From NCBI GenBank assembly GCA_026770705.1, contig JANJGN010000023.1, forward strand, positions 31,434,001 through 31,498,000: a stretch of 64,000 nt of DNA. Reading direction: 5' to 3'. The stretch's first letter is position 1. Each line of letters opens with the position of its first letter. This DNA comes from Isurus oxyrinchus. Its lineage: Eukaryota. The translations under genes and the position numbers were made by a program. Shown piece by piece: positions 36,427-50,808 of this stretch. The notes beneath the pieces are model-generated. The model was not told the origin of the DNA. It searched no databases and saw only the letters and a program-made list of their open reading frames with translations.

Positions 36427-39400
36427 ATTAAGTCTATTAAGACCATTAAGTCTATTCCTCAATTAGCATCACTAGGAGATAATCCAGACATTTATCTCAT
36501 TGTTGTTTGTGTGACATTATTCTGTTTGCCTACATAATTATTGGGGCAGGTTCCTCTGCTCTCTCCCATGGCAGTGGGCATTTAATCAGGCAGAAGGGTC
36601 AGGATGGGGAGCTGCTACCTTCCCGCCTCCTCTCCGATTAAGTCTGTGGTGGGAAAGCCGGTGGATGTCCTTCACGGCTGCTGCTAATTAAGTGGGAAAA
36701 TAATGCTCACTTAAGAGCCTCATCCCACTGCTGCTGGTATGAACTCAGCAGCAGTGGTGGAGTGGTGGGGGGGGCTCATGATTTGGGGAGGCCGACAAGT
36801 AAAGTCCTGTCAGGGTTGCTTGCGAGCTTCCAGGGTGTCTCTTGTTCAAAGGCACTGCCTAATCGAGGGACCCAGCATCCTGAGAAACACCCCCTGCCCT
36901 TGCTGGTGACCGCCCCCCACCCCCATCCCATGACCCTACTTCTGGACCTTCACCTGACCTCACTCATCTGGTACCCAGCAACAACATTGGGCCTCGGTTG
37001 GGTGTCATACTGGCAGCAGCCACCGCCTCCCCAGTGGCGTTGCCGTTCAATAAAGCTAGAAGCCTCTGATTGCCCAGCAGCTCTTAGATGCCGGGACTTC
37101 CTCCACCTCGCCCATCCCACCCCACCACCCCCCCCCCAACACCACGCCCCTCACATCCCCCAACCGCCCCGGCATCCTTGACCCCGGAAAAGGCCCACTG
37201 CTACCCAGTTAAATCCTGAGTGGCCCTTAATACGGCGGGCTTTCCCTAAAAGAGGTGACATGGGGCTCCAACATCACCCTAAATATCAAAATGACTTCTG
37301 AGGCATTTTGGCATGTCCTGAGGATATGAAAAGTGTACATATAATATAAATGTAAGCTTGCTCCGTTTTTCTATCTGTCTTGTGATTTCATGTACAAATG
37401 ATTTGGTGTACTATATTAGGTAGATTTTCCATGTTGTGAATCACAGCGAGGTTTCTGATGCACGTTCGAGGCATATGAAATAAAGGGACTAGGAAAATCT
37501 CCCCTAGTTCACCATCAATTTGAATCTGGTCAGCTGCTGCGCTTGTGATTCAGAAAATTAATGTCTAGTAATACCAAAAAAAACCTAAAAGATTTATTTT
37601 TGCTCATTCTCATTGAAATTAAAATTCAGGTTTCCACATCTATTAATCCAGCCTTACACCAAATTTCATTGATATAAGTGAGGGGTTACAGCTGTTCATC
37701 TCTTGAAAGCATAAAAATCACTTATTAAAGGTCATAGTTACATCTCACTTCAAGTGACTGAAATTTTATGAGGTAAGATCATCATGTCGTGTTTCTATGG
37801 TGATCACACTTCTTTAATAGCAGCCAGTTGTGGCCAAATGAGATGTCATGGATGTGAAAGATTGATTACATATACTTAGATCAGATGTATTGCTTCATTA
37901 TTTGATTAGTCACACTTAGGTTAATATTTTATTGATTGATTATGCTTGTCATCAATGTAAGTATGATAGATTAATGTAGTCTAGCGGTCATGACTGTGGT
38001 AGTGCGGATGAAGTAAATCGTGAAAGGTAGATTTCTGATGAATATACAGAAATATGAAGCCTGAACTAGAAACTCTAATTATTTTCAGTGTTACAGTACC
38101 ACACAGTTCTCTCTCTTTTATCCATTCCTGTAAAATCAGGGTAGTACAACTCACAAGCTTCTCTCTAGCCACCATCAGTGGTGTTGTTCTGTTATTGACT
38201 GAAAGAAGATGTGAGTCTTATGTTAGGAGTGCACCTTTCTGAGAATTTGTTGCCTTCTCCTGTTACACAGAATCTCCATATCATGACCCAGCCAAGAAGT
38301 GGTTCAACTCATCCAACTGAGAACTAGAAGATGCAAATTCTAGTCAGCGTTGAACTACAAGCTTTTCTTGAATGTCTGCACTCTCAGAGAACTTCAGTTA
38401 CATTAAATATCAAACTTTCCATTGGCAACCATGTCTGTGTATTGAAGCTAAAATTGAGCATCTGGTCACTGCATCATTCCACCATGACAGAAAGGCCTAC
38501 TATTTGGCATTTATTTAACTCATCTTCAACTACAAATTAGGTGCTGAATAGGACCAACCCTCCTCTGATCAACCAACCCTGGGGCAGGCTTACTTATTTC
38601 CAGCTCAGTGGCAAGTGAGGGTGGAACCCACCCAAGATAAATATTGATATCGCAATCCTGTCACAAAGAAGTGGATGCTCTAGTTGTAAGTGAGAACATC
38701 TGTTTTTAATTGGGGAAAGGGCAGGGCATTATTCTTAAGTATATATAAGAACTGGTTTCCACCTATGTGGGGGAAAGGAAAAGGAAGTCTGTAGCCTGTG
38801 TTCTCTGAATTTTGTGAATAAACCTATGTTAAGGAAACACTGATTTTGCTTTTACTCAGTGAATGAACAGTGAATAATGACAATAAATGTCACACTCATT
38901 CATGCTTTACTGTTACAGATCAGAAACCACAAAAGTTACTGTACTTGTGAAGGAAGTTGTGGTTCTGCCCACGAGGTAATCACACAGAAGTTAATCATTG
39001 TGAGATGATGGATGAGTGGCCTAAGGAAATAGAATTGCCCAACCAGTATCTACCTTCTTAGAACTTGTACTCACTCATTTTCCTTCACAAGTTTACAAAT
39101 ATTGTTTGTTCATAAAAAGTTGCCTTATGAAATATTTTTATATGTAATATATATTACTAATTCTACCAGCTTACATTCAATATATTTACACACATTTGGC
39201 TGTTGGGTATTCATAAGAGACAAAAATTTGTTGAAAGATTTGCTCGAAAGGGTTTCTGACTTCTGACTGACAAATAAAGTCCATTCAAGATTTGTCTCCC
39301 CAGCTTACACTGTTATTGAGTTACTGAGAGAATAGTGGGAGTGCACATAGACACACAACAGAGGCGTACCATTTTACATACACGGTGTGGAAGAGGGCAT

Positions 39401-40577
39401 TTCTCAGTGCAAACAATGGCATTATTTATAATAGTTAAAATACTTGTGCTGTTATTTTTACTCACATCCCTACCAGGTCCTTCTTCCAAGACCTCCTTGT
39501 TATTACATGCACAGCAGGTGACAGTTCCATAGACCCACATCCCATTTCCTCATCTACATGCATTCATTAATTTCTTGAAGAGATACCAAAGTTACATTTA
39601 CATCTCTCTTTCCCCAATGTCTACATTCATATAGATAAACTAGAAGTCTATAGTTAATTATGCAACAGAAGTATAGAGTAGTCACTTTTGGTCAGAGACA
39701 TCATCTGGCTGTATAGTACTTAGGTGACTTGTGGCAAACATGCTCATGAACCAATGCTATCCATGTAGGGCAAAAAACAGAGCTGGGGCTGAATGTTACA
39801 ATTCCACAAAGAGAAGGCGAAACGAACACTAAGGTAATGAGCTTACCCGCTTCTACATCCTTCCTTTACCATGAGTTTTCAATCTCTTTTATCCAGATGC
39901 CATGATAAATAATGTAATATTAATTCCGCCTGACCTATAAAACTGATTCTATGAAGGCAACAGGCACACCAGGGACTAGGAGAAGCAGGGATTATTAAAC
40001 AGGACATGTTGAGCTGAAGTGGTCGAGACATATGGGAACTTTATATAATATCTACAATTTGTCAGTGTCCTCAGCTAATAGAGGAGGCAGTTATTTAATT
40101 ATTCATCCATTTCACTATTGATCTAATGTAATTTTTAAACCTGTAAAATTACTCAAAGGTTTCAATGCTAAAAAACATGAAATAAGATTTTAGATGATAA
40201 CTACAATAATGATTGAACACTCATTTGTTATTCTGGTCACCTGAAAATGAATCCACTAACTATTTCCAATATGAATCTGAACTTGCCTCTTCTAGCCATG
40301 AATGTCTATTACTGATGCTACAGAAGCAGACACCTTCTGTTGAAGTGTTACATGAAATTTGATGCTAATAGCCTTTGTGAGTTTTTTGTTCTGTGTTGGA
40401 CGTTTTAAATATTTTTTTACTTCCAATTATAGAACTGCGGAATGCTGTAATAACAGGCACGGAACACTTTAACAACCATTACTAAACTGTTAGCACCTTC
40501 AGTGTGTGAGTCAACCTGCTAATCACTCCAAATCCGCATGTTATTAAAAAAGAAATAAACTTCCCCTCCCACCACCT

Positions 40578-41357
<780 letters not shown>

Positions 41358-41509
41358 CTAGATGTTATTTTAAAAAGATGCACAGGTACCTACCTACTGC
41401 TATGTGTGCATGGTCAACATAAAACAATTTATTTTGAAAAACCAGTGCAACAATTATGTAATTCATACTAAAATGCATCATTATTTGTGTGGCAATCACC
41501 AAAACCTTT

Positions 41510-42015
41510 TCAACATTTATAAGGCACAAGGAGTGTGACGGAATACTCTCCATTCCTGGATGACTATAGCTTCAACAACACACAAAAGAAACTCGACACA
41601 CCATCCGTCATCTTAAACATTTACCCCCCTCCACCATCAGCACACAGCGGCAGCAGTGCGTACCATCTACAAGATGCACTGCAGCAACTCGCCAAGGCTT
41701 CTTTGACAGCATCTTCCAAACCTGCAATCGCTACCACCTAGAACGACAAGGCCAACAGGCGCAGGGGATCACCACCACCTGCAAGTTCCCCTCCAAGGCA
41801 CACATCATTTGATTTGGAAATATATCGCCGTTCCATCATCATCACTGAGTTAAAATCCTGGAATATGCCACCCAACCGCACCGTGGTGTACCTACACCTC
41901 ACAGACTGCAGCAATTTGGAAAGGCAGCTCACCACCATCTTCTCAAGGGGAATTAGGAATGGGTAATAAATGCTGGCCCAGCCAACGACACTCACTTCCC
42001 ATGAACAAATAAATA
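41510..42015 (+). mobile_element. CR1/L2-group LINE 3' end (same family as 26830-27885), intronic
   Basis: Shared blocks taccatctacaagatgcactgcagcaac and gggaattaggaatgggtaataaatgctggcc. Confidence 0.8.
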
Positions 42016-42759
42016 AGCAAGCCTTCAAACAAAAAAAAATGTTCGCCAAACACTTGACCCGGATCCCCTGGAAATAGCAACTTGGCTCCAATTATAACTG
42101 GATAAATTAACTGTTTCTTTTCTATTGTAGTGATGTTGTACCCAAGTGGTCAAAACATTTGAATTACAATAAACTGAAGATGACTTGTGGGTTTCAGGAG
42201 ACCGGAGTGAAGCTGCAAAGGTTTTTTTGATTCTTGGTGAAACCTCCTGTTTTCACTACATCTAAATGTTGGTTACAGTTTTTATTTTTGGCTTTATTTA
42301 GGTTAATATGAATCAAGGGCTCAGCCAATTGTTAACTATACACTGTACTTTTAAATAGTCGAACAACCAGTAAGTGAAACAACCACTCACCAAGGAGCAA
42401 ATAGCAAGTTACTTGGATAAAAAGAAGTATTTGATATCACCAACTGTATTTGAGGCAAAGGAATATGTAAGTGGAGAAAATAGATGTTCCCTCGGCTAGT
42501 GTAACAGTTCTGCCAGTTTGGTGAAAAATATTCCTGAGTGCCAGTGAATTGCTGCCCTAGGCTCATTCAAAACAAAACTAGTCCTTCAATGTGCTGCAGC
42601 CTGGAGTTGACTTTCCAATCTCAGCCCTGTACCAAAGTCCTGTGAGGGCGGTGGATCTGGAGTCAATCACTTCCAGGCTGCAGTCAATGTCTAATTCAGA
42701 GAGGGTTAGATGAACGCCCAATAAGTTATCCGTGCATTTTCCCGGCTATCAAAATTCTT

Positions 42760-43770
42760 CATGATTTTGAACACCACTATTAAATCTATCACCTTCAGTT
42801 TATCCAGACTCTCCACATATTTGAAGTTCCACGTCCCTGGTGCCATTCTAGTCAATCTCCTCTGCACCTTCTTCAAGATTTGGACATCATTCTAATAACA
42901 TGCTACTCAGAATGGGGGCGAACCAGTACTTTACAAAGCTTTATAAATTGAGGCAGAGAATATGAATGCAAGGAAGTTATGCTAAAGCACCAACCAGAAT
43001 GCACCTCACCTTTAGTTACAGTCTGACTGTAAGTAGCACAGACTAGATTGAAGGTGAGGTACATTCTGGTTATGCGTTAGCATAACTTCCTTGCATTCAT
43101 ATTCCATGCCTCAATTTATAAAGCCAAGGATCCTGTTTGATTTTTATGTAGCCTTCTCAACTTGTCCTGCCACCTTCACAGATTTGTATACCTACACCTC
43201 CAGGCCTGTCTGGTCCAGCATGCTTAAACTTGTACTATTTAGCCTATATTGCCTCTCCTCATTCTTCTTACTAAAATGAACCACTTCACACTTCTCTGCA
43301 TTAAACTTTATCTGCCCGTCTGCTCCTTTCACCAGCCTGCCATGTCCTTCTAAAATTCTCCTTTTTTCTAGATTTCCAAGTTTTGTAAATTTTAAAATTA
43401 TGACTCAAGTCAAGGGCATTATTATTTATCAAAAAAGAGCAGAGATCTGAATACTGACCCCTAGCCGGGGAATTCTACTGTATATCTCCTTTCAGTCTGA
43501 AAAATAATTCACCACCATTTTCTGCTTTGTGTCACCATTTTAGCATTCTCAAAGCCCCTTTAATCCCATGGGTTTCAATTTTCTAATAAGTTTATTGCAT
43601 GATACTTTATCAAATGTTGTCTGAAAGTCGAGATGCACAACATCAACACAACCTCATCAACCCTCTCTGTTAACTCAGCAAAGAAGTTAGTCAAAGGTGA
43701 TTTGCTTTCAACAAATTCATGCTTAGTTTTATTTATTAACTTATATTTTTCCAGGTGCCAATTCATTTTT
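42760..43770 (-). mobile_element. Old CR1 RT fragment containing a fold-back insertion
   Basis: HLEKYKLINKTKHEFVESKSPLTN resembles the CR1 'QHGF..GKSCLTN' motif; the fragment is heavily degenerate. Confidence 0.7.
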
Positions 43771-43789
43771 CTCTCAGATTATTGGCAGC

Positions 43790-44455
43790 TAGATTTGATA
43801 GTTTCCAAACTTGCACCTTGGGGATCACAATGAGGGCTACCCTGTGCCCGTTCAAAATGATGCAAGCAATACTCAAACTTCATGCTTCCTGCTAACTATA
43901 GTAATTGTGCCTGCAGCTCAGCACTGAACGCACTGCTGACTGGCTCCACACCTCAGCAGGAGGCTCAAGTTGGTGCAGTCTAGACCCACTTCAACCTAGC
44001 GTGTGCTACTTACAGTCAGACTGCAGCTAAAGGTGAGGTGCATTCTGGTTGCAACTGGGGCTGAAAACTGTGTGAAGAAAATTCTGAAGGTCTAGAGGTA
44101 GCAAGAAAAATTGCACAACAGCCAGAGAGCGTGCAACCAGGTTTTCAGATGCTGTGTGGGATTGCTTAGGGCAGGAGGCAGACAGGAGGAGAGAGAGATT
44201 CCCTTTCCTCAGGGGACCGGCAAGCCTTCTAGAAAAGTTCTGTCGAAGGGTCATGAGGACTCGAAACGTCAACTCTTTTCTTCTCCGCCGATGCTGCCAG
44301 ACCTGCTGAGTTTTTCCAGGTAATTCTGTTTTTCTTCTAGAAAAGTGTTGAGGAGGCAATGGGAGCAGGTGGCTAGGGCAGTCAATGCCAACAGTCTGGC
44401 ACTGAGAATCTGGATCCTGTGCCACAAGCTAAATGATCTCACAAGAGTGGTCCGC
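43790..44455 (+). mobile_element. Harbinger Myb/SANT DNA-binding ORF remnant
   Basis: ERATRFSDA... and LRRQWEQVARAVNANSLA.R.W..C.K..NDLTRVV give the Myb/SANT-like W..VA..VN...R....C.K..NDL pattern. Interrupted at 44239-44333. Confidence 0.7.
44239..44333 (+). mobile_element. Penelope-type terminus with a minimal hammerhead fold and a 13-bp TSD
   Basis: AGTT CTGTCGA A GGGTC atgag GACTC GAAAC GTC AACT at 44236-44274. TSD CTTCTAGAAAAGT at 44226-44238 and 44334-44346. Confidence 0.8.
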
Positions 44456-45440
44456 TGCAGATTGTGTAATCAAACACCTCTTGCTTTTTCCCCCAACCTT
44501 CCCTCACCCTCGTCCTCCCCTTTGCATTTATGCTGGTTACATCCTCAACAAACTCTAATAAATTTGTCGAACATCATTTCCCTTTCATACAACCAGGCAG
44601 AGTCAACATGGTTTTATTACGATTTTCTAAATGCCCTGCTACTCAATTTTTTTTTCTCTTTATTCTTTCAAGGGATGTAGATGTTGCTGGCAAGGCCAAC
44701 ATTTGTTACCCATCCCTAATTGCTCTTGAACTGAGTGGTTTGCTAGGCCGTTGCAGAGGGCAGTTAAGAGTCAAATATATTGCTGTGGGTCTGGAGTCAC
44801 GTAGGTTAGACTGGGTAAGCAGATTTCCTTCCCTAAAGGACATTAGTGAGCCAGATGGGTTTGTACAACAATCAATAATTGTTTTATGGTCACCATTACT
44901 GAGACTAGATTTATATTCCAGGTTTATTAATTGAATTCCACAAACTACTATAGTGGCATTTGAAGTCATGTCCCCAGAGCATTAGCCTGAGCCTCTGGGT
45001 TCCTAGTGCAGTGACGTTACCGCTATGTCACTGTCTCCCCATAAATGGCAGGTGTTAGCCTAACTGGCCTATAGTTTCCTGCTTTCCATCTCCCACCTTC
45101 CTTGAATGTCTGTGTTACAGTTTTCCAGTTGCTAGCTGGGACCTTTCCAGAATCTGGGGAATTTTGGAAGATTACCACCAAATCATCCACTATCTCTGCT
45201 GCCACTTCTTTTAAATCTCTAGGATGCAGTGCATCAGGTCCAGAGGACTTGTCAGTCTTTAGTCCCATTAGTTTTCCAAGTACCTTTACTGTAGTTATTG
45301 TGATTGTTTTAAATTCCACACTCCCTTTTGTCTCTTAATTTTCTACTATTCTTGGGGTGGTTTTTGTGCCTTCCATGGTAAGGGCAGAGACAAAATACTT
45401 GTTCAAAGTCTCTGCCATTTCCTTGTTTCAAATCATTCAT
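44455..45440 (-). mobile_element. CR1 RT fragments with a nested LINE 3' tail (~44665-45035)
   Basis: LMGLKTDKSSGPDALHPRDLKEVA..GNYRPVRLT at 45023-45319; the nested tail matches the 27800-27880 family on the minus strand. Confidence 0.75.
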
Positions 45441-45756
45441 TCCCCAGTCTCATCACCTAAGGAATGGTCATGGCTGCACACCAGCTGCACATTGAGTGAG
45501 TGGTACCCTTTGTCTTTGCAGTACATCTTCCCATTGAGATTCGGCACACGCAAAGCTCTCTGTGTGGGAAGCTTGCTAATCTGGCAAAGCGGCCAGAACC
45601 AAGTGCTTCGCTTTATTTAGCGAGGAAACAATGAAACGCCCTTTCCTGGTGTATGGGGTCTCTTGGATGTAGTAATGAATGGCGACCGGTAAGACATTTA
45701 TTATGTAACCTGTTCCAGGCTGGAAGGATCTGCTGGTGAAAAGAGTTCAGGACCAA

Positions 45757-48052
45757 GGGGGTGGAAATATCCATTGGCGGCAGCCCTCATGGTGGGTGTG
45801 AGCGAACAATATGGCGGGAAGTCCAAAAATCGGCCATCATGAAACATGTTTGCAGTTGTCCACTCCACCCGTCAGTGGCAGGCTGCATTTCCTGCTATTG
45901 GACACTGGGAACTTCATTGTAATACATCTGCATATCATTATAAGCCCACTTGCCAAAATCAACCCTCCACGCTTGATCATCCGAGCACGTCAGCGTGATT
46001 GCACACCGACATGTTTCACAACAGCATTTATAAGGTGTGCAGCTGGTGAGCTGCACTTTGAGGGGAACTCGGAGGCGAGTGAACAGTAACGTTGCACAGG
46101 GTCGCCTGTTGGAACTCGAGATTGAGGCACCGCGCATTCAGGCGAGGGTACAGGCAAGTTGCTTTTTTCTGGCAGGCTAACAGTGCAGTGCTGGGGCAAG
46201 GGCAGCACTCCAGTAGGGGCAAGTTGTTGAGTGGGGGGGAGTAAGGGCTGTACTCGGTACACCTACATAGGGGGAGGGAAGCAGCCACGCGAAAAGGGAA
46301 ACCTTGTATAAAGTGACCATTCCTCTGCAGCTGAGACTGTTCAGACGCAGCCACTTGATATGATTCGAGTCAAGCTTCTAGCTTATCTGCCACTCAAGCA
46401 ACACAGAGGCCAGAAAGTGCCATCAAATGCTCCAGGGCATTTCACACCTCAGGCACAGACAGCAAATTAATGAGCATTTTAGTGGACTGCAGAACAATTG
46501 GACAACTGGGCACATTGTACAATCTCCTTGCTAAATCTGGCCATAGAGCAGTCACTGCTGGAGGTGCTCACAGCCCTTTGCAATGTCACACTTAGCTATG
46601 GATCAGTCTCCCCCATGGTTCAAGCTAACTGTGCAGCCTTGCAGTGCGGGTTAGGAGAATGCCTGCACCTGAGCTGAGAGCACAGCATGCAGTCCAATGG
46701 GCAAAGCTGTCGTCAGTCAGTCAGGAGGAGTGGGGCAGACGTGGGTGGGGTTTTAGGTAGCTATGCAGCGCACATATCTCTGGCCATTCAAGTGGTGGCC
46801 AGCACTCTCCAGGATGTGTTAAGGGGCCTTCAGACTTAACCAAGAGGGGTTTGTAGAACACCCAAGCTTGCCTACACATCGCTCCTTCATCCTGCAGGAG
46901 TAGTACATTAGGAGCCTGTTGAGTTAGTTGTATGCCTCATGGCCTACAGAGAGCGGAGTCGAAGGAAAAGAGAGCAATGGAGGCACGTGGCTAGGCAGAG
47001 GGAGGAGTAGCACCCTCAGGAAGAAGGGGCTACTAGGGCTCCCACACAACCCGCTGAAGAGCCACAGCGAACCATCGCAGGTTGGCGCCTAGCTAGACCC
47101 AGAGTCTGTAGAGCCTGCAGATGAGTGAGAACCAGTGTTGCCGAAGACTGTGCATGTCTAGGGAACTGGTCGGTCACATCTGCCACATGCTGCAGGATTT
47201 GGTTCTACAGGGACATGGAGGGCATCCACTGCCAGTGTCCATGAAAGTGACTGCGGCACTCAATTTCTATGCCAGTGGGTTTCTATGCCAGAGCTCCATA
47301 CAGTGACCTCTGCAGGATAGCACAAGCCTCCACCCACAAATGCATTTATGAGATCAAGGATGCCATCTTTGCGAGGGCACACAACTTTGTACATTTTACC
47401 TGGGACCAGGAAAACTGGAATGCAAGAGCGCTGGAATTTTCCAAATCTGAGATTTACTGCAGGGTGCGATTGACTGTAATCACGTGGCGCTCAGATCTCC
47501 ATGGCAACAAGTGGTCAACGATGTCAAACGCAAGGACTTCCACTCACTGAATGTTCAGCTGGTGTGCGAGCGCCGCATACACATCCTGCAGGGCTGCACA
47601 CAGTTCCCAGGGAGTGTCCACGACTCCTACATTCTCAGTAGGTCTCAGATCCCAGCCACCTTCCAGGGTCCACAGAAGCTGCAGGGCTGGCTCCTTGGGG
47701 ATCAGGGCTACCTGCAGAGGACGTTACTGATGACACCAGTGTGGGGGTCTCAGACTGCAGCAGAGAGAAGGTATAATGAGCCTCATGCTGCAATTCACAC
47801 CTTGGTGGAGCAAACCATCGGGATGTTGAAAATGAGGTTCTGGTGCCTGGACTGGTCTAGTGGAGCCCTGCAATGTATTCCACAGAGGGTGTCACACATC
47901 ATCATTGCTTGCTGCATTCTTCTCAACCAGGCACTGCAATGGGGAGAGGTGCTGGCTGAGGAGGAGTTGCAACGTGAAAAGTCGCCATTGCGGCCGATGG
48001 GTAAAATGTTCTATTTCCTGCCCCGCTACTGCACTTACTGAAAATCTGGGAC
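45757..48052 (+). mobile_element. Degenerate PIF/Harbinger element (transposase pseudogene)
   Basis: MSENQCCRRLCMSRE..LPVSMKVTAALNFYASG, GAIDCNHV, RKDFHSLNVQLVC, PGSVHDS, WLLGDQGY and VEQTIGMLKMRFWCL at 47121-47975, frameshifted. Outer ends are approximate. Confidence 0.88.
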
Positions 48053-48369
48053 GATTCTATCCAGAGTCACTTTGACAGCCACTGACAACAGCTTCTTTAC
48101 CCTCCTCTGGAAGTGGGGGGTGGGGGGGGCGGTATTTCTGGTTCTTAGAGGTGACACTGTTCTGTGACCACCTATTTGGTGAAATGCAGCTGCTGAACAC
48201 ACTGCCCTGTGGAAGGGCCAGAATACCCTCATGGGTAAGGCCTCCTGCTGATAGCTCTCTTCCTCCTTTCTTTGTGAGCAGCTTGGCCTCTTTCCTGCCT
48301 CTTCTCCATCTCCCTCTGTTACTGCAGTCCAAAGAGGACAGCAACTATAGGCCCCATGACTGGGAGTAA

Positions 48370-48915
48370 GTGGCTTATTCATTACAGGAAGGACATAATT
48401 GCTCTGGAGAAAGTGCAGAGGAGATTTACAAGAATGTTGTCAGGGCTTGTAAATCGCAGCTATGGGGAGAGATTGAATAGGCTAGGGTTGTTTTCCTTAG
48501 CACAGAGGAGGCTAAGGGGTGACCTAATTGAGGTGTACAAAATTATGAAGGACCTAGATAGGGTAAACAGTAAAGACTTGCTTCCCCTAGCTAAGGGGTC
48601 AATTACCAGGGGGCATAGATTTAAGGATATTGGTGGAAGGATTAGAGGAAAAACTTTTTCACCCAGAGGGTGATGGGCATCTGGAATTCACTGCCTAAAT
48701 TGGTGGTTGAGGCTGAAATGCTCAACTCATTTAAAAGGCCTGGATCTGCATCTGAAGCACTGTAACCTGCAAGGCTATGGACCAGGTGCTGGAAAGTGGG
48801 ATTAAGATGATTGACTAGTTTCTTTTTTCTCTTTTTGGCTGGCGCAGACACGATGGGCTGAATGGCTTCTTTCTGCATTGTAACTTTTTTGCATCGTAAC
48901 TTTTCTATGGTTCTA
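48370..48915 (+). mobile_element. CR1 LINE 3' end
   Basis: HYRKDIIALEKVQRRFTRML..RLRGDLIEVYKIM plus 3' UTR. Confidence 0.9.
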
Positions 48916-50808
48916 AGTCTTTCTGCAAACAACATCCAGCACTACTCTCTGTAGGACTTTACCAAAGTTTCAGAACATTTCCATCAACCAAGCCAGGTCC
49001 AATAGATAGTAATAAGCAAATAAACTGCAAGTTAGATGGCAATGTCTTTAAATAGCAGTGTCTGGAGGTGGGGGGTGATTGGTGTCCTTTATGTTGGGGG
49101 TCAAAGACATGTTCAACTGTTTAAGAGAGGGCCTTAACTAGAGCAGCAAGTTTAAAAATGGCAGTTTGGGCGTCAAATTAGCGTTAGATGCTGACTGAGG
49201 TCACAATCTGCCTATTTCGCATTTTCCGGCAAATGCACATCATGGGCATGCTATTGCCCTCAGCAGCATGGTAGTTGATATGGCCATTCTAGAAGTTGGC
49301 ATAGACACGAGAGGCACAGATTGTCTGTTTTTTCCAAAAAAACCCAGCACCCCTAGCATTGAAGCGACTGGCGCTATGGAGCCGGATTTTGCCGCTATTT
49401 TGTCTCCAAACATTTCCCCATCACTGATGTGAGATTAACTGGCCCATAGTTGTCAGCTTTATCCCTCTTGGCTGCGAAACAAGAAGCCAATAAAGCTGAA
49501 GGTTTTACTTCTGAATGAATGAAGTGGATTAACGATAGATTGGAAAAGATCATCATCAGCACAGAATTGAAGATCAATGAGAGGCAGCGTGGCATCAAAA
49601 TTCAATAACCTGAATGAACTTTATGTATCTCCTATAACAGACTGGAGCTTTCTTTTTGAAAGAAATAGATGGTTCTATGTAATCTACAGAATACGCTTCC
49701 TTTCATTTTAATAAATCTTATGACATAAATGTTATTAAAACAATTGGTACTATTTCCAGATCTAGCACCTGGCTGCCTGCCTTCCCTCTGGAAATAAAGA
49801 GTATCAAATACCTCCTCATGCAGTGCATGTATTATTCTTTTATTTCAATGATGATTGAGAATGGCTGTAAGAGAAATGGATTATGATTAAGTTATATTGA
49901 AGATCAAGTTGAACAGTAGCTGTGCTATAAAACTCTTGGGGCTCAATGTTATTGTATGTCATGGTAGCGCTAGTGCTGTCCCATTAAGTTTAAATGCAAC
50001 CATGTCTGAACCATGTGCCTATTTCAATTATTGGTTGATATGGATTCTGCCCTACCTCTGTGCCAATTTCAGCAGCAGCACCATGTGCTGTTAAATACAT
50101 CCAGCATGATAAAAATACAAGAAAATCTTGCAGCCCTTCTGTGCTTTGTTATCCAAAGTAGCCAATATCTCATGAAAATCACAGGCTGGGTATCTAGTGG
50201 CAGAGCTCACAATACCAAAAAAGAGCAAATACAGCTCATAAAAGGTGAAAGGGTGAGCTGGTAATGCCACATTGCAACTGGCGGTGTCATGGTACTCAGG
50301 CTCAATCTTGCCGTTCCCCACTTTCATTCACCAAGGCTCTTGTGAGGATGTGTTGGGTGGCTGCCAAATGCCTTCCCACAGAGGCTGAAAATTGCGGAGG
50401 TGGTCACCAGCCAATCCTTGCGCTCCCTGACATGCAGCGTCGACTTGGAACCAGATCAGACATGCCTAGCTCTGCCCCAATGTCATTAATCAGTGAAACA
50501 TTTCGCAAGCGCTTCCTCACAGCTAACGAGGCATCGCCAATATAACAACCTGTAACACCAGGACCAATCAAACCAAGAACTTACATTGAAGCTATATCAT
50601 CTTATTATCCATACTGATTAAACTGAGTATATCTGCAGTGTCAAGGTCTCATACATACCGATGGACATTTCCCACACATTCCCCCTCCTAGGCCATTGAT
50701 TTGGAGACAATTAAATGCACCACTGGGAACTGAACCCATGATCAAGGTAAGCGCTTATATTCAACTGTGGAGATTTCCTGACCTTAAAAAATTGTAGGAA
50801 GAGAAATA

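Noticed and set aside
47121-48041. Domesticated HARBI1 gene
   Set aside because: Frameshifts and substituted motif residues, plus a second decayed copy at 18760-19480, indicate transposon pseudogenes.
49470-50545. Coding-looking stretches (AKQEANKAEGF..., and a minus-strand SGSARIG)
   Set aside because: Interrupted by stops, with no recognisable domain or supported splice structure.
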